From: Candidatus Methylomirabilia bacterium | GTDB lineage: Bacteria; Methylomirabilota; Methylomirabilia; Rokubacteriales; CSP1-6 | Assembly: GCA_041497895.1 (NCBI GenBank) | Contig: JBGQHJ010000001.1 | Span: forward strand, 1-64,000 | Reading direction: 5' to 3' | Length of the DNA: 64,000 nucleotides | In this document: piece after piece, positions 47,228 through 57,139 of the stretch | How positions within the stretch are numbered: the first letter of the stretch is position 1 | Layout: the number at the start of each line of letters is the position of its first letter | The notes under the pieces: generated by a model | What the model saw: only the letters and a program-made list of their open reading frames with translations | Database searches by the model: none | Told to the model about the DNA's origin: nothing | Program-made: the position numbers and the translations under genes

Positions 47228-49617
47228 GACGACGCGCTCGCCCGGTTGAGGGCCCGGCAGATGTCGCGGATCAGGCTGTCGCGGGACCTCTCGCCCCGCG
47301 CCACGTAGGGGGCGCGCGCGGCCTGATCGTAGGAGCCGAGCAGACGGTAGGCGGCCCGCCGCTCCTCGAGGGCCACGACGGGGAACGGCCGCTCACGGAA
47401 GAAGCGATCGAGCCGCGGGAGCACCGCCGGGTCGGCGAGGTCGGCCAGCGCGCGCAGGGCCTTGAGCCGCAGCGACCGCCGGCGGCCGAGGAAGTCCCAG
47501 CGGAGCAGGATCTCGACGAGCAGGTCGGTGGCCTGGGTGATCCCGTGCTGGCCGGAGAGCAGCACCGCCGCCTCCGCGAGCCGCGGATCCGGATGGTGGA
47601 TGGTCCGCGCGAGGAGGTCCCGGGGCACCTTGGTGTCGAAGGCGAAGAGCGCGCGAATGGCCTCGAGCCGCACTCTCAGGTCCGGGTGATCCGCGCAGCG
47701 CAGGATCTCGCTCATCGCGGTCTTGTCGTGGACACGACGGAGCAGGAGCACCATATTCCGCACCACGTACCAGCGCGGGTCGGCGAGGAGGCGACGCGTC
47801 TCCGGCACGATGGCGGGGCCGAGCGAGGCCGCGAGCTCGATGAGACGGAGGCGCCGGGCCCGGTCCGGCTCGGCGGCCAGCGCCTCGAGCAGGCCGTGGG
47901 CCGCGGAGGCTCCGAGGGCCAGGACCAGGCTCTGCACCTGCACGAAGGGTGGGCCGCCCGGCTGCCGGCTCGCGGCCACCAGCGCGGCCAGGGTCCGGGC
48001 GTCGGCCAGGTGCTCCACGAACTCGTCGAGCGGCTGCCGGCGCTCGGCCTGGCTCGGGTCGGCGGCCAGCTCGCGGATGGCCCGGATCATGGCGATCGCC
48101 TGCGCGAAGCGGCTCGCCTGGAGCGCGCGCACGAAGATCTCGCGCAGGCGACCCAGCACGAGCGGCCGCACCACGTCCGGCGAGACCGCGGTCATGTCGA
48201 GCAGCGTCGTCACCACGCGGCGCTCGATCGCGTCGTCGCTCTCGGTGTCCGGGCCGAACGCGTCCGGGTCGGCGGCCAGCTCGACCGCGATGGCGGCCAG
48301 GTCCACGGTCGGCTTCTGGGCGAGGAGCGCCCGGTGATCCTCCGGGTTGTAGCGGTCCACGTCCTCCTCGCGGAAGAGGGCGGCCATCGCCGCGAAGTCG
48401 GCCGGCGGCTCGGGGAGACCCGGACCCGGCGGCAGGTCCTCGTGCGCCTCGGCCAGCGCCTGCGCCATGCGCAGCGCGTGGCCCGAGAGCTGGCCCTGCT
48501 CCTGCGCCAGGCGGCGGAGCCCGCGCAGCACGTCCGCGGGGGGCAGCGCCGCGGCGAGGCTCGCCAGGTGCGCGCTCGAGCCCTCGTCGGTCGCGAGGAC
48601 CCGGAGCGCGGCCGCCAGCACCGGCTCGCGCACCTCGGCCGGCAGGGCACGGATGAGCTGGACGATCTGCGGCGCCAGGGTCTCGCGCCCCGGGCTATCG
48701 GCGCTCGCGAGCCGGGCCGCGACCGCGGCGGCGAGGGTGTGCGCGGCCGCGATGCCGAGCCGGGCGCCGTGGCCGCGGCCACCGGTCTCGCCGCCCGACG
48801 GCTGCACCTGGCCCCAGCCGCCGCCGCGCCCGGTCCCGCCGCCGCCCGGCCCCGGCCGCGCGCCTCCGGGTCCGCCTCCCCCGGGTCCGCTCCCGCCGGG
48901 TCTTCCGCCGCCGGGTCCGCCGCCCGCCGCGCCGCCGCCGCCCGGCCCGCCACCGGGCCCACCGCCCGTGCCGGGGCCGCCCCCGCCGCCGGGTCCACCC
49001 GGCCCCGGGCCACCCGCGCCCGGCCCGCCACGGAAGAGCGAGGCGATGGTCTCGGCGGAGTACCGCTCGCGCGGTATCGGCATCCCGCCACCGCCGACGA
49101 CCGGCTGCCCGGCCAGCAGCGTCTGGATCAGCCCGTCCCAGAGGCCGCCCTCGTCGCCGGTGGTCTCCTCCAGGTCGCTGGTGGTGATCAGCGCGCTGTA
49201 GTCGATGGCGGAGACGTGGATGTGGGTGATGCCCGCCGCCTGCAGCTCCTCGACCGTGAGGGCGCGGTCCCGGGCGGGCCCGGTGTCGCCCAGGAGCACG
49301 AGGAAGGCTTCCAGTTCGCGCGGCTCCACGTCTTCCTCGAAGCGCAGGAGGCCGCCGTTGCGGCGGTAGAGCGCGCGCGCGAAGGCCCGCACGTGCGAGG
49401 CCTCGATCTTCTTCCCGCCGCTGACCAGCGCGTCCCGCGCGATCCCGAGGACGAGCGGGCTCGCGACGGCCAGGGAGGCCCGGAGCCGGGCGTGGGCGGC
49501 GGCCAGGGCCGAGGCGCGGGCGGGGTGGCCGGGGGGATAAGCGGCCAGGTTTCTCCATGCCGTCACAAGGGACGACATGAGCTCGAGCAGTGTGGGCGGA
49601 GAGGGGGATGTCTCCAC
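47224..49617 (-). CDS. HEAT-repeat protein with Gly/Pro-rich insert
   Basis: LADPRWYVVRN, HPDLRVRLEAIRAL, HPDPRLAEAA repeats. Confidence 0.8.
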   Translation of the reverse strand: METSPSPPTLLELMSSLVTAWRNLAAYPPGHPARASALAAAHARLRASLAVASPLVLGIARDALVSGGKKIEASHVRAFARALYRRNGGLLRFEEDVEPRELEAFLVLLGDTGPARDRALTVEELQAAGITHIHVSAIDYSALITTSDLEETTGDEGGLWDGLIQTLLAGQPVVGGGGMPIPRERYSAETIASLFRGGPGAGGPGPGGPGGGGGPGTGGGPGGGPGGGGAAGGGPGGGRPGGSGPGGGGPGGARPGPGGGGTGRGGGWGQVQPSGGETGGRGHGARLGIAAAHTLAAAVAARLASADSPGRETLAPQIVQLIRALPAEVREPVLAAALRVLATDEGSSAHLASLAAALPPADVLRGLRRLAQEQGQLSGHALRMAQALAEAHEDLPPGPGLPEPPADFAAMAALFREEDVDRYNPEDHRALLAQKPTVDLAAIAVELAADPDAFGPDTESDDAIERRVVTTLLDMTAVSPDVVRPLVLGRLREIFVRALQASRFAQAIAMIRAIRELAADPSQAERRQPLDEFVEHLADARTLAALVAASRQPGGPPFVQVQSLVLALGASAAHGLLEALAAEPDRARRLRLIELAASLGPAIVPETRRLLADPRWYVVRNMVLLLRRVHDKTAMSEILRCADHPDLRVRLEAIRALFAFDTKVPRDLLARTIHHPDPRLAEAAVLLSGQHGITQATDLLVEILLRWDFLGRRRSLRLKALRALADLADPAVLPRLDRFFRERPFPVVALEERRAAYRLLGSYDQAARAPYVARGERSRDSLIRDICRALNRASASS

Positions 49618-49748
49618 GTTTGGCGTCTCGGCGACCGTATGCTCCGTCAGCAGTCTAGCCGACGGAGGCCGCTTTTCCCCGCAACTTGAGCGCCTGGGCC
49701 GGCTCGCTTATGCTCGCAGCATCCGATGGGGAAGGGAGAGCACCGGGC

Positions 49749-50987
49749 ATGAAAGTCAGCGCGTTCCACCTGATGCCGCATCGCGAGCTGCCCTCCGACT
49801 TCGAGCGCCGGTACCCGAGCGTCTGGGTGACCCCGCCCTGGGGCGAGCTGGCCGACGCCCGCCGGGTCGGGCAGTACTACAACTGGACGCTCGACGAGCT
49901 GCTGCACGCCGCGCGCGCCGGCTTCGACGGGGTCTGCACCAACGAGCATCACCAGAACGCCTACGGTTTCATGCCGAGTCCCAACCTGATGGGTAGCGTG
50001 CTGGCCAAGCAGACCAACGGCCTCGACGTGGCCATCGTCCAGATGGGCATGACGCTGCCGACCACCTCGCCGCCCATCCGGGTGGCCGAAGAGTACGGCA
50101 TGCTCGACTGCATCAGCGGGGGCCGGCTGGTGGCGGGGCTGCCGCTCGGCAGCCCGATGGACGTCAACCTCGCCTACGGCATCACGCCGATGGAGCACCG
50201 CGAGCGCTACCGCGAGGCCTTCGATCTCGTGCTGAAGGCGTGGCAGGCGAAGGAGATCTTCGCGTGGAACGGAAAGTACTTCCAGCTCGGCCAGGTCAAC
50301 CTCTGGCCGCGCCCCATCCAGGAGCCGCACCCGCCGGTCTGGGTGCCCGGCTCGGGCAGCATCAGCACCTTCGATTTCGCCACCGACCACAATGTCTGCT
50401 ACTGCTTCCTCTCCTACGCGGGGGCGCGCGCGGCCTCCACCATGATGGACGGCTACTGGGACGTGGTGGACAAGAAAGGGCTCGAGCGCAATCCGTACCG
50501 GGCGGGGTTCCTCCAGCTGGTCGCGGTGGCGGAGACCGACGCGCAGGCGGAGATCGACTACGCGAAGCACGTCGAGTACTTCTACCACAAGTGTTTGCAC
50601 GTGCCGCCGCAGTGGTTCGCCCCGCCGGGCAATCAGGACTACCGGAGCCTGCTCGCGGCCAACCGCAACCCGGTGCGGCGGGCGGAGGATCCCAAGACGC
50701 TCCGCTACAAGGACTTCGTGAACAAGGGCTACGTCCTGGCCGGGAGCCCGGCGACTGTGCGCGAGCGTCTCGTGGAAGAGGTCATCAAGCGCCTGCACGT
50801 CGGCAACCTGATGCTGCTGATCCAGATCGGCTCGATGCCTCACGAGCTCACGCTCAAGAACATCGACCTGCTCGCCCGCGAGGTCCTGCCCGGCCTGCGC
50901 GACATCTGGGACGACAAGGGCTGGGAGAACCACTGGTGGCCGAAGAGCCTGCGCGGCGCCCGCCAGACGGTCGGCGTGGCGCGATGA
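49749..50987 (+). CDS. LLM-class flavin-dependent oxidoreductase
   Basis: GFDGVCTNEHH, RVAEEYGMLDCISGGRL, WPRPIQEPHPPVW. Confidence 0.88.
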   Translation: MKVSAFHLMPHRELPSDFERRYPSVWVTPPWGELADARRVGQYYNWTLDELLHAARAGFDGVCTNEHHQNAYGFMPSPNLMGSVLAKQTNGLDVAIVQMGMTLPTTSPPIRVAEEYGMLDCISGGRLVAGLPLGSPMDVNLAYGITPMEHRERYREAFDLVLKAWQAKEIFAWNGKYFQLGQVNLWPRPIQEPHPPVWVPGSGSISTFDFATDHNVCYCFLSYAGARAASTMMDGYWDVVDKKGLERNPYRAGFLQLVAVAETDAQAEIDYAKHVEYFYHKCLHVPPQWFAPPGNQDYRSLLAANRNPVRRAEDPKTLRYKDFVNKGYVLAGSPATVRERLVEEVIKRLHVGNLMLLIQIGSMPHELTLKNIDLLAREVLPGLRDIWDDKGWENHWWPKSLRGARQTVGVAR

Positions 50988-51832
50988 CCGCCTCGAGCAC
51001 CCTCTCCCCTCTGGGGAGAGGGCAGGGTGAGGGGATGCAGGGTGAAGGGACTCGCACCGTCACCGTCTGGCAGGGGCGCGTGCCCATCCGCGTCCGCGTC
51101 AAGGGCGCGGGCCCGGCGGTGATGTTCCTCCACGGCCCCTGGGGCCTCACGTGGGGCCCGTTCCTCGACGCGCTCGCCCAGCAGTTCACGGTCTACGCAC
51201 CGGAGCATCCCGGCACCTCCCCGGGCGACCCGGAGGCGATCCAGCACGTCGACACGCTCTGGGATCTCGTCCTCTGCTACGACGAGCTGCTGGAGGCGCT
51301 GAAGCTCGGCGAGGTGATGCTGGCGGGGCATTCGTTCGGCGCGATGATGGCGTGCGAGGTGGCCGCGCTGCGTCCGGCGCGCGTCCGCCGCCTCGCCCTC
51401 CTCGATCCCATCGGGCTCTGGCGCGACGACGCGCCGGTGGTCAACTGGATGCTGCTGGGGCCGGCCGAGATGCCGGCTTACGTGTTCGACAAGCCCGACG
51501 GCGCCGCCGCCCGCGCGATGTTCGCGGTGCCCGACGACCCGGAGGAGGGCGCGCTCGCGCGCACCCGGCTGACCTGGGCGATGGGCGCCACCGGCAAGTT
51601 CATCTGGCCGATCCCCGACAAGGGACTCAGGAAGCGCATCCACCGCATCACCGCGCCCACGCTCCTGGTGTGGGGCGCGGCCGATCGTCTGGTACCGCGC
51701 GCCTACGCGCAGGAGTTCGCGGGGCGGCTCCCGGACTCGCGGCTCGAGGTGGTGGCCGGCGCCGGGCACGCGCCGCATCTCGAGCAGCCGGAGGCCACCG
51801 CGCGCGCGGTGCAAGCGTTCCTCAAGGCCTGA
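50984..51832 (+). CDS. alpha/beta hydrolase
   Basis: FLHG, GHSFG, WGAAD, AGHAPHLEQP; alternative start ATG 51035. Confidence 0.85.
   Translation: MTASSTLSPLGRGQGEGMQGEGTRTVTVWQGRVPIRVRVKGAGPAVMFLHGPWGLTWGPFLDALAQQFTVYAPEHPGTSPGDPEAIQHVDTLWDLVLCYDELLEALKLGEVMLAGHSFGAMMACEVAALRPARVRRLALLDPIGLWRDDAPVVNWMLLGPAEMPAYVFDKPDGAAARAMFAVPDDPEEGALARTRLTWAMGATGKFIWPIPDKGLRKRIHRITAPTLLVWGAADRLVPRAYAQEFAGRLPDSRLEVVAGAGHAPHLEQPEATARAVQAFLKA
51000..51049. repeat. REP-like element, inverted copy of 8741-8804
   Basis: CCCTCTCCCC-TCT-GGGGAGAGGG followed by CAGGGTGAGGGG atg CAGGGTGAAGGG. Confidence 0.8.
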
Positions 51833-51993
51833 CGCATCCGCCGCCGGCTCGGGCCTCACCGGCGGCTTGCCTTCACGGGCGCGACTCGACTATCCTTGTC
51901 CACCCCGAGAGCCCGATCGGCCGTGACGCGCTGCGCGGCCGCTCCCCATATTTCAAGGTGCGCGCCACAACGGCAAGGAGGCCCGCCAACGCC

Positions 51994-53412
51994 ATGAGCC
52001 AGAACACTCCGGTTGCCAGCTATAGCCTCACCGTCCGCCTCCGCATCGCCAACCAGCCCGGCATGCTCGGCAAGGTGACCTCGGCCATCGGCGAGGCCGG
52101 CGGCGACATCGGCGCGGTCGACCTGGTCGAGGCGGGCCAGAAGGAGATGACCCGCGACATCGCCTTCAAGGCCTCCGACGAGGCCCACGGCGAGCGCATC
52201 GTCGGGCGGCTGCGCGCGGTCCCCGGCGTGACGGTGGTGAACGTGTCGGACCGCACCTTCCTCATGCACCTGGGCGGCAAGATCGAGGTCAACGGCCGGG
52301 TGGCGGTCAAGACCCGCGACGACCTCTCGATGGCCTACACCCCCGGGGTGGCGCGGGTGTGCATGGCGATCCACGACGATCCCGAGAAGGTCTACAACCT
52401 CACGATCAAGCAACACACCGTGGCGGTGGTCACCGACGGCTCCGCGGTGCTGGGCCTGGGCGACATCGGGCCCGAGGCCGCGATCCCGGTCATGGAGGGC
52501 AAGTGCCTCATCTTCAAGGCCTTCGCGGGGGTCGACGCGTTCCCGCTCGCGCTCGCGACCAAGGACGTGGACGAGATCGTCCGCACCGTGAAGGCGATCT
52601 CGCCCATCTTCGGCGGCATCAACCTGGAGGACATCTCGGCGCCCCGCTGCTTCGAGATCGAGGAGCGCCTGCAGCGCGACCTCGACATCCCGGTCTTCCA
52701 CGACGACCAGCACGGCACCGCGGTGGTGACGCTGGCCGCCCTCCTCAACGCGCTCAAGGTCGTGAACAAGAAGCTCAACGAGGTGAAGATCGTCTTCACC
52801 GGGGCGGGCGCGAGCGCCATCGCCACCGCCAAGCTCATGATGCTGGAGGGCGCGCGCAACATCATCGCCTGCGACCGGGCCGGCGCGCTCTACCGGGGCC
52901 GGACCGAGAACATGAATCCGATGAAGACGTGGTTCGCGGAGCACACCAACGCGGAGGGCATCCGCGGCGCGGTGCGCGACGCGATGGTCGGCGCCGACGT
53001 GTTCATCGGCCTGAGCGGCCCGGGGGTGGTGAAGGTGGACGACCTGGGCGCGATGCACCGCGACGCGATCGTGTTCGCGATGGCCAACCCCACCCCGGAG
53101 ATCATGCCGGAGGAGGCCGGGAAGTACGTGAAGGTCATGGCCACTGGGCGGTCCGACTACCCGAACCAGATCAACAACTCGTGCGGGTTCCCCGGCTTCT
53201 TCAAGGGTCTCTTCGACGTGCGGGCCCGCCGCGTCAACGACGAGATGAAGCTGGCCGCCGCGCACGCGCTCGCCAACATCGTGAGCGACAGCGAGCTCGG
53301 CGAGGAGTACATCACGCCCTCGATGTTCGACTCGCGCGTGGTGCCCGCGGTGGCCTCCGCGGTGGCCGACGCGGCGGTGCGGACCGGGGTGGCCCGGAGG
53401 AAGCGGGGCTAG
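51994..53412 (+). CDS. NAD(P)-dependent malic enzyme with N-terminal ACT domain
   Basis: NQPGMLGKV ACT domain; AYTPGVA, VMEGK, INLEDI, FHDDQHGT, TGRSDYPNQINN. Confidence 0.92.
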   Translation: MSQNTPVASYSLTVRLRIANQPGMLGKVTSAIGEAGGDIGAVDLVEAGQKEMTRDIAFKASDEAHGERIVGRLRAVPGVTVVNVSDRTFLMHLGGKIEVNGRVAVKTRDDLSMAYTPGVARVCMAIHDDPEKVYNLTIKQHTVAVVTDGSAVLGLGDIGPEAAIPVMEGKCLIFKAFAGVDAFPLALATKDVDEIVRTVKAISPIFGGINLEDISAPRCFEIEERLQRDLDIPVFHDDQHGTAVVTLAALLNALKVVNKKLNEVKIVFTGAGASAIATAKLMMLEGARNIIACDRAGALYRGRTENMNPMKTWFAEHTNAEGIRGAVRDAMVGADVFIGLSGPGVVKVDDLGAMHRDAIVFAMANPTPEIMPEEAGKYVKVMATGRSDYPNQINNSCGFPGFFKGLFDVRARRVNDEMKLAAAHALANIVSDSELGEEYITPSMFDSRVVPAVASAVADAAVRTGVARRKRG

Positions 53413-53472
53413 GCCTCCTCGTCGGCAACAAATCGCTTCGGTCCCACGAAGCGGCTCCCGTACCATCGGCGC

Positions 53473-56088
53473 ATGAAGAAGGTGCTGGTCGCGGTGGTCG
53501 CGACCCTGGTGGTGCTGGTCGCCGCGCTCTACTTCTTCGTGGCCCGCCCGCTCCTGCGCCCCTCCGAGGTGACCGCGGTCATGGAGCGCGCGCTCGCCAC
53601 CGACGACCTCCTGCTGCTGGCCGCGGTCAACGTCAAGCAGGCGGTCTTCCTCGAGAAGTGGTTCTCCGGGGCCCCGCGCGCCACTCCGGTGGTGGACACG
53701 CCCGCGCCCGCGGTGGCGGACCGGACCTTGCTCGATCACCTGCGCGCGGCCGGCGTGAACCCGCGTCACGACGTGGACGGGGCGCTCTACGCCCTCTACC
53801 CCACCGACGGGCCCGCCGCGCGGCACGCCGCGGTCCTGGTCGGCCGGTTCAACCCCGCCACCGTCAACGCCTACCTCACCCGCGAGCTCGCCGCGACCCC
53901 GCGCCCCGGGCCGGGCCCGGCGTCCTACCAGGTGACCCGGATCGATCCCGCCACCTGCCAGCCTGGCGCGACCTGGCTGGTGACGGTCTCGCGGGAGTGG
54001 ATCGTGATGGCCGACCCGGTCTCGCATCCGATGCTCCTCGCGCGCGTGGCGAGCCCGCCGGCCGGGAGCCCGGAGCGGCTCGCGTGGTGGCAGGAGCTCG
54101 CGCGCGCGGACGTGGCGGGCGTGGGCATCCCGGGCCTCGATCGGCTCGAGAGCGGCGCCACCCAGCCCTTCGTGAAGGGCGGCGCCAAGGCCCTGGCGGG
54201 CGAGGCCAGTGCGTTCGGGCGCCTCTACCTGGGCCTCGGGGTGAAGACGGTGCCGCCGCAGGGAGTCCTGCGCATCGTGATCGACGCCAAGGACCCCGCG
54301 CGCGGGGCGGAGAAGATCCGGGCCTGGGAGCAGACGGTGAGCGCGTCGCGGAGCCGGTGGAAGGACACCATGCCGAGCGTGGCCACCCTCTACGACAGCC
54401 TGCGCGTGCGCACCGACGGCCCGCGCAGCACGATCGAGTTCACCGTCGACCGCACGCTCGCCGCCAACGCCCAGCGCGTGGTCAACGAGGTGCTGACCGC
54501 GGCCCTCGGCGGGCTGGGCGTCCGGGTCAACCCGCCGGGCGCGGAGCCGCCTGCCGAGCGCATCGACACCGACCCCGTGGCGTTCGTGCCGGCGGTCACC
54601 CCGGCCGCGTTGCCCACCTACGATCCGCAGGCCCAGTTCGCGGAGGACGTGGACCAGGTCCAGGGTCCGTTCGGGCTGAGGCTCGGCGAGCTGCGCCTCG
54701 GAACCGACGAGGCCGCCGGTCTCGAGGTCGTGGTGGAGGGCTTCGCCGGCGAGGTGCCGAACGTCGGCGCGAGCGAGGACCGCGTGCGCCTGTCCGTCGA
54801 CGGCGTCAAGGGCGCCGACGGCCGGGAGCTGCTGCGACCGGAGGCGTGCGGGCGGGAGCGGAACAACCAGCCGGCCGACTTCAAGTCGGCCGGCGGCAAG
54901 CGGCTCCGCGCGACCAAGGCGGTGCGGCTGATCGCGGGCGCCGATCCGAAGACCCTGCAGAGCCTGACCGGTCGCGTCCAGCTCCGGCTGCCGACGCGGA
55001 CCGAGGTGGTGACGCTGGCGCATCCGACGTCCGGCGTCACCGCCGACCGGTACGGGGCGGCCTTCACGGTCACCGGGATCGAGGGCGGCCGCGTCTCGTA
55101 CCAGATCGCGGGCGCCCGCAGCCGCCTGCTCCTGTTCCGCGCGCTGAACGCCAAGGGGCAGCCGCTCGCCTCGCCGAGCGCGTTCTCCTCCGACTTCCTG
55201 TTCGGCGAGGGCGTCTCGGGCCAGCGGCAGTACTCGGGGACGGTCGATCGGCTGGAGGTCGTGTTCGCGGCCGAGGAGGAGACCCTGGAGCTGCCGTTCA
55301 CGCTGACCGACTTCGCCCCCGCCGGCAAGCCGAGCGGGCTCGCCCTCGACCGGACGCCCGCGTTCCGGCCCTACAGCCTCCAGGCCCTGCGGCGCGAGTT
55401 CCCGCGGGCCCGCGGCGCCGGCCCGCTGGAGCCCTTCGAGCTCTCGCTCGACCGGGTGCAATCGTTCTTCGCCATGCGGTTCGATCTCACCCTGCGGAGC
55501 CCGGCGGTCCCGAACTTCGAGCGCGGCTTCTCGGCCGGGCAGCTCCGCCTCACCCGCGTCGAGCTCAACGACGGCAGCGTGCTCACCCCGCCGGCGGCGG
55601 ACGCGGCGAGCCCGACGGTGGCGCGGTCGAGGTGGGAGAGCGCGGTCCGCTTCACCGGCGCGCCCAAGGACGGGCGCCTCTCGACCTCGCTGAGCCTCTA
55701 CGTCGAGACCAAGGCCAGGCCCGAGGATCTGAAATCGGTGCAGGGAACGCTCACCATGCAGTATCCCCGGACGCTCGAGACCCTGACCCTCGACGACCTC
55801 ACGGTCGGACGCCGGGTGCAGCAGGGCGACCTGACCGTGACCGTCGCAGCCCGTGGCCGGAAGAGCGTCACCCTCGCCACGAACCGGGACGGTGACCGGG
55901 TGTACTACGTCCGCCTCCTCGGCGCCGACGGCCAGGCCCTCGCCTACTTCGGCCCCAACATCACCGAGGGCCCCGGTGGGGCGTGGCGCTTCGAGCTCTC
56001 GCCGCTCAACCCACCGGTCAAGGCGGAGATCGTCCTGGCGGGCCAGGTGGATCGGCAGACGCTCCCGGTGAGCCTCACGCCCCACTAG
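53473..56088 (+). CDS. large membrane-anchored hypothetical protein (871 aa) with internal duplication
   Basis: MKK plus hydrophobic anchor; host-like codon usage; two alignable ~255-aa units. Confidence 0.8.
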   Translation: MKKVLVAVVATLVVLVAALYFFVARPLLRPSEVTAVMERALATDDLLLLAAVNVKQAVFLEKWFSGAPRATPVVDTPAPAVADRTLLDHLRAAGVNPRHDVDGALYALYPTDGPAARHAAVLVGRFNPATVNAYLTRELAATPRPGPGPASYQVTRIDPATCQPGATWLVTVSREWIVMADPVSHPMLLARVASPPAGSPERLAWWQELARADVAGVGIPGLDRLESGATQPFVKGGAKALAGEASAFGRLYLGLGVKTVPPQGVLRIVIDAKDPARGAEKIRAWEQTVSASRSRWKDTMPSVATLYDSLRVRTDGPRSTIEFTVDRTLAANAQRVVNEVLTAALGGLGVRVNPPGAEPPAERIDTDPVAFVPAVTPAALPTYDPQAQFAEDVDQVQGPFGLRLGELRLGTDEAAGLEVVVEGFAGEVPNVGASEDRVRLSVDGVKGADGRELLRPEACGRERNNQPADFKSAGGKRLRATKAVRLIAGADPKTLQSLTGRVQLRLPTRTEVVTLAHPTSGVTADRYGAAFTVTGIEGGRVSYQIAGARSRLLLFRALNAKGQPLASPSAFSSDFLFGEGVSGQRQYSGTVDRLEVVFAAEEETLELPFTLTDFAPAGKPSGLALDRTPAFRPYSLQALRREFPRARGAGPLEPFELSLDRVQSFFAMRFDLTLRSPAVPNFERGFSAGQLRLTRVELNDGSVLTPPAADAASPTVARSRWESAVRFTGAPKDGRLSTSLSLYVETKARPEDLKSVQGTLTMQYPRTLETLTLDDLTVGRRVQQGDLTVTVAARGRKSVTLATNRDGDRVYYVRLLGADGQALAYFGPNITEGPGGAWRFELSPLNPPVKAEIVLAGQVDRQTLPVSLTPH

Positions 56089-56142
56089 CCCCACCAGCGT
56101 CGTCGCGTGCTATCCTCGGGGGCCTCACAAGGAGGTGTGGTC

Positions 56143-57132
56143 ATGAAGATCCTCGTCGCGCTCGTCGTGCTCCTTCTCGCCCCGGTGGTCGCGGCCGCCC
56201 AGGCCCCGCTCCAGCTGAAGGCGGGCAGCGGGGTGGGTCCCGGCAACCCGGTGAACGACGCCCTCTTCGATCTGGCCAAGACCCTCGACCAGAAGAGCGG
56301 AGGCCGGATCAAGCTCGACGTGGTGATCAGCAACGGCCTGGCCAAGGGCGAGGCGGCGCATCTCGAGGGCGCGCAGCTCGGCACCATCGACGTCGTGCCG
56401 ATCGGCTCGGCGCCCATCGGCGGCATGTTCGAGCCCGCCTACCAGGCCCTCGACCTGCCCTTCTTCTGGTCCTCGCGCGAGCAGGTGTGGAAGGTGATGG
56501 ACGGGCCGATCGGCCAGGAGCTGCTCCGACGTATGGAGGCCAAGGGCGTGAAGGGCTTCTGCTTCGGCGGCGGCTGGGGCTTCCGCAACATGATGGTCAA
56601 CAAGCGGCCGATCTTCGCCCCCGAGGACATGAGGGGCCTGACCATCCGGGTGCAGGAATCGCCGACCTACGTGGCGTTCATGAAGGCGCTCGGCGCGAAC
56701 CCGGTGCCGATGCCCTACGTCGAGGTCTACCTGGCCATGAAGCAGGGAACGATCGACGGCATGGAGCTGCCGTCGTTCACCATGACCTCCGACAAGTTCC
56801 AGGAGGTCACCAAGTACTACTCGCTGACCCGCCACTCCTACCCGCCGATCGCGTACTTCATGAACATGAAGCGCTACCAGTCGCTCGCCCCCGATCTGCA
56901 GAAGGTGGTGGCCGACTCGATGCAGCAGGCGTGCGTCGTGCACCGCCGCCTCGAGGTGGAGAAGGAGAAGCAGGACCTCGAGGTCATGAAGAAGGCGGGG
57001 ACGCAGGTCAACGAGGTGAAGGACCTGAAGGCGTTCCAGGCGCTGATGAAGCCGGTCTACGCGAGCGTCGAGCAGCAGGTGGGCAAGGAGTTCATGGACC
57101 GGCTCACCGCCGCGGCACAGGCCGCGAGATAG
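56143..57132 (+). CDS. TRAP transporter substrate-binding protein (DctP family)
   Basis: LDLPFF, GFRNM, GLTIRV, ALGANPVPM..EVYLAMKQGTIDG; AAGGAGG RBS. Confidence 0.9.
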   Translation: MKILVALVVLLLAPVVAAAQAPLQLKAGSGVGPGNPVNDALFDLAKTLDQKSGGRIKLDVVISNGLAKGEAAHLEGAQLGTIDVVPIGSAPIGGMFEPAYQALDLPFFWSSREQVWKVMDGPIGQELLRRMEAKGVKGFCFGGGWGFRNMMVNKRPIFAPEDMRGLTIRVQESPTYVAFMKALGANPVPMPYVEVYLAMKQGTIDGMELPSFTMTSDKFQEVTKYYSLTRHSYPPIAYFMNMKRYQSLAPDLQKVVADSMQQACVVHRRLEVEKEKQDLEVMKKAGTQVNEVKDLKAFQALMKPVYASVEQQVGKEFMDRLTAAAQAAR

Positions 57133-57139
57133 GGGACGG

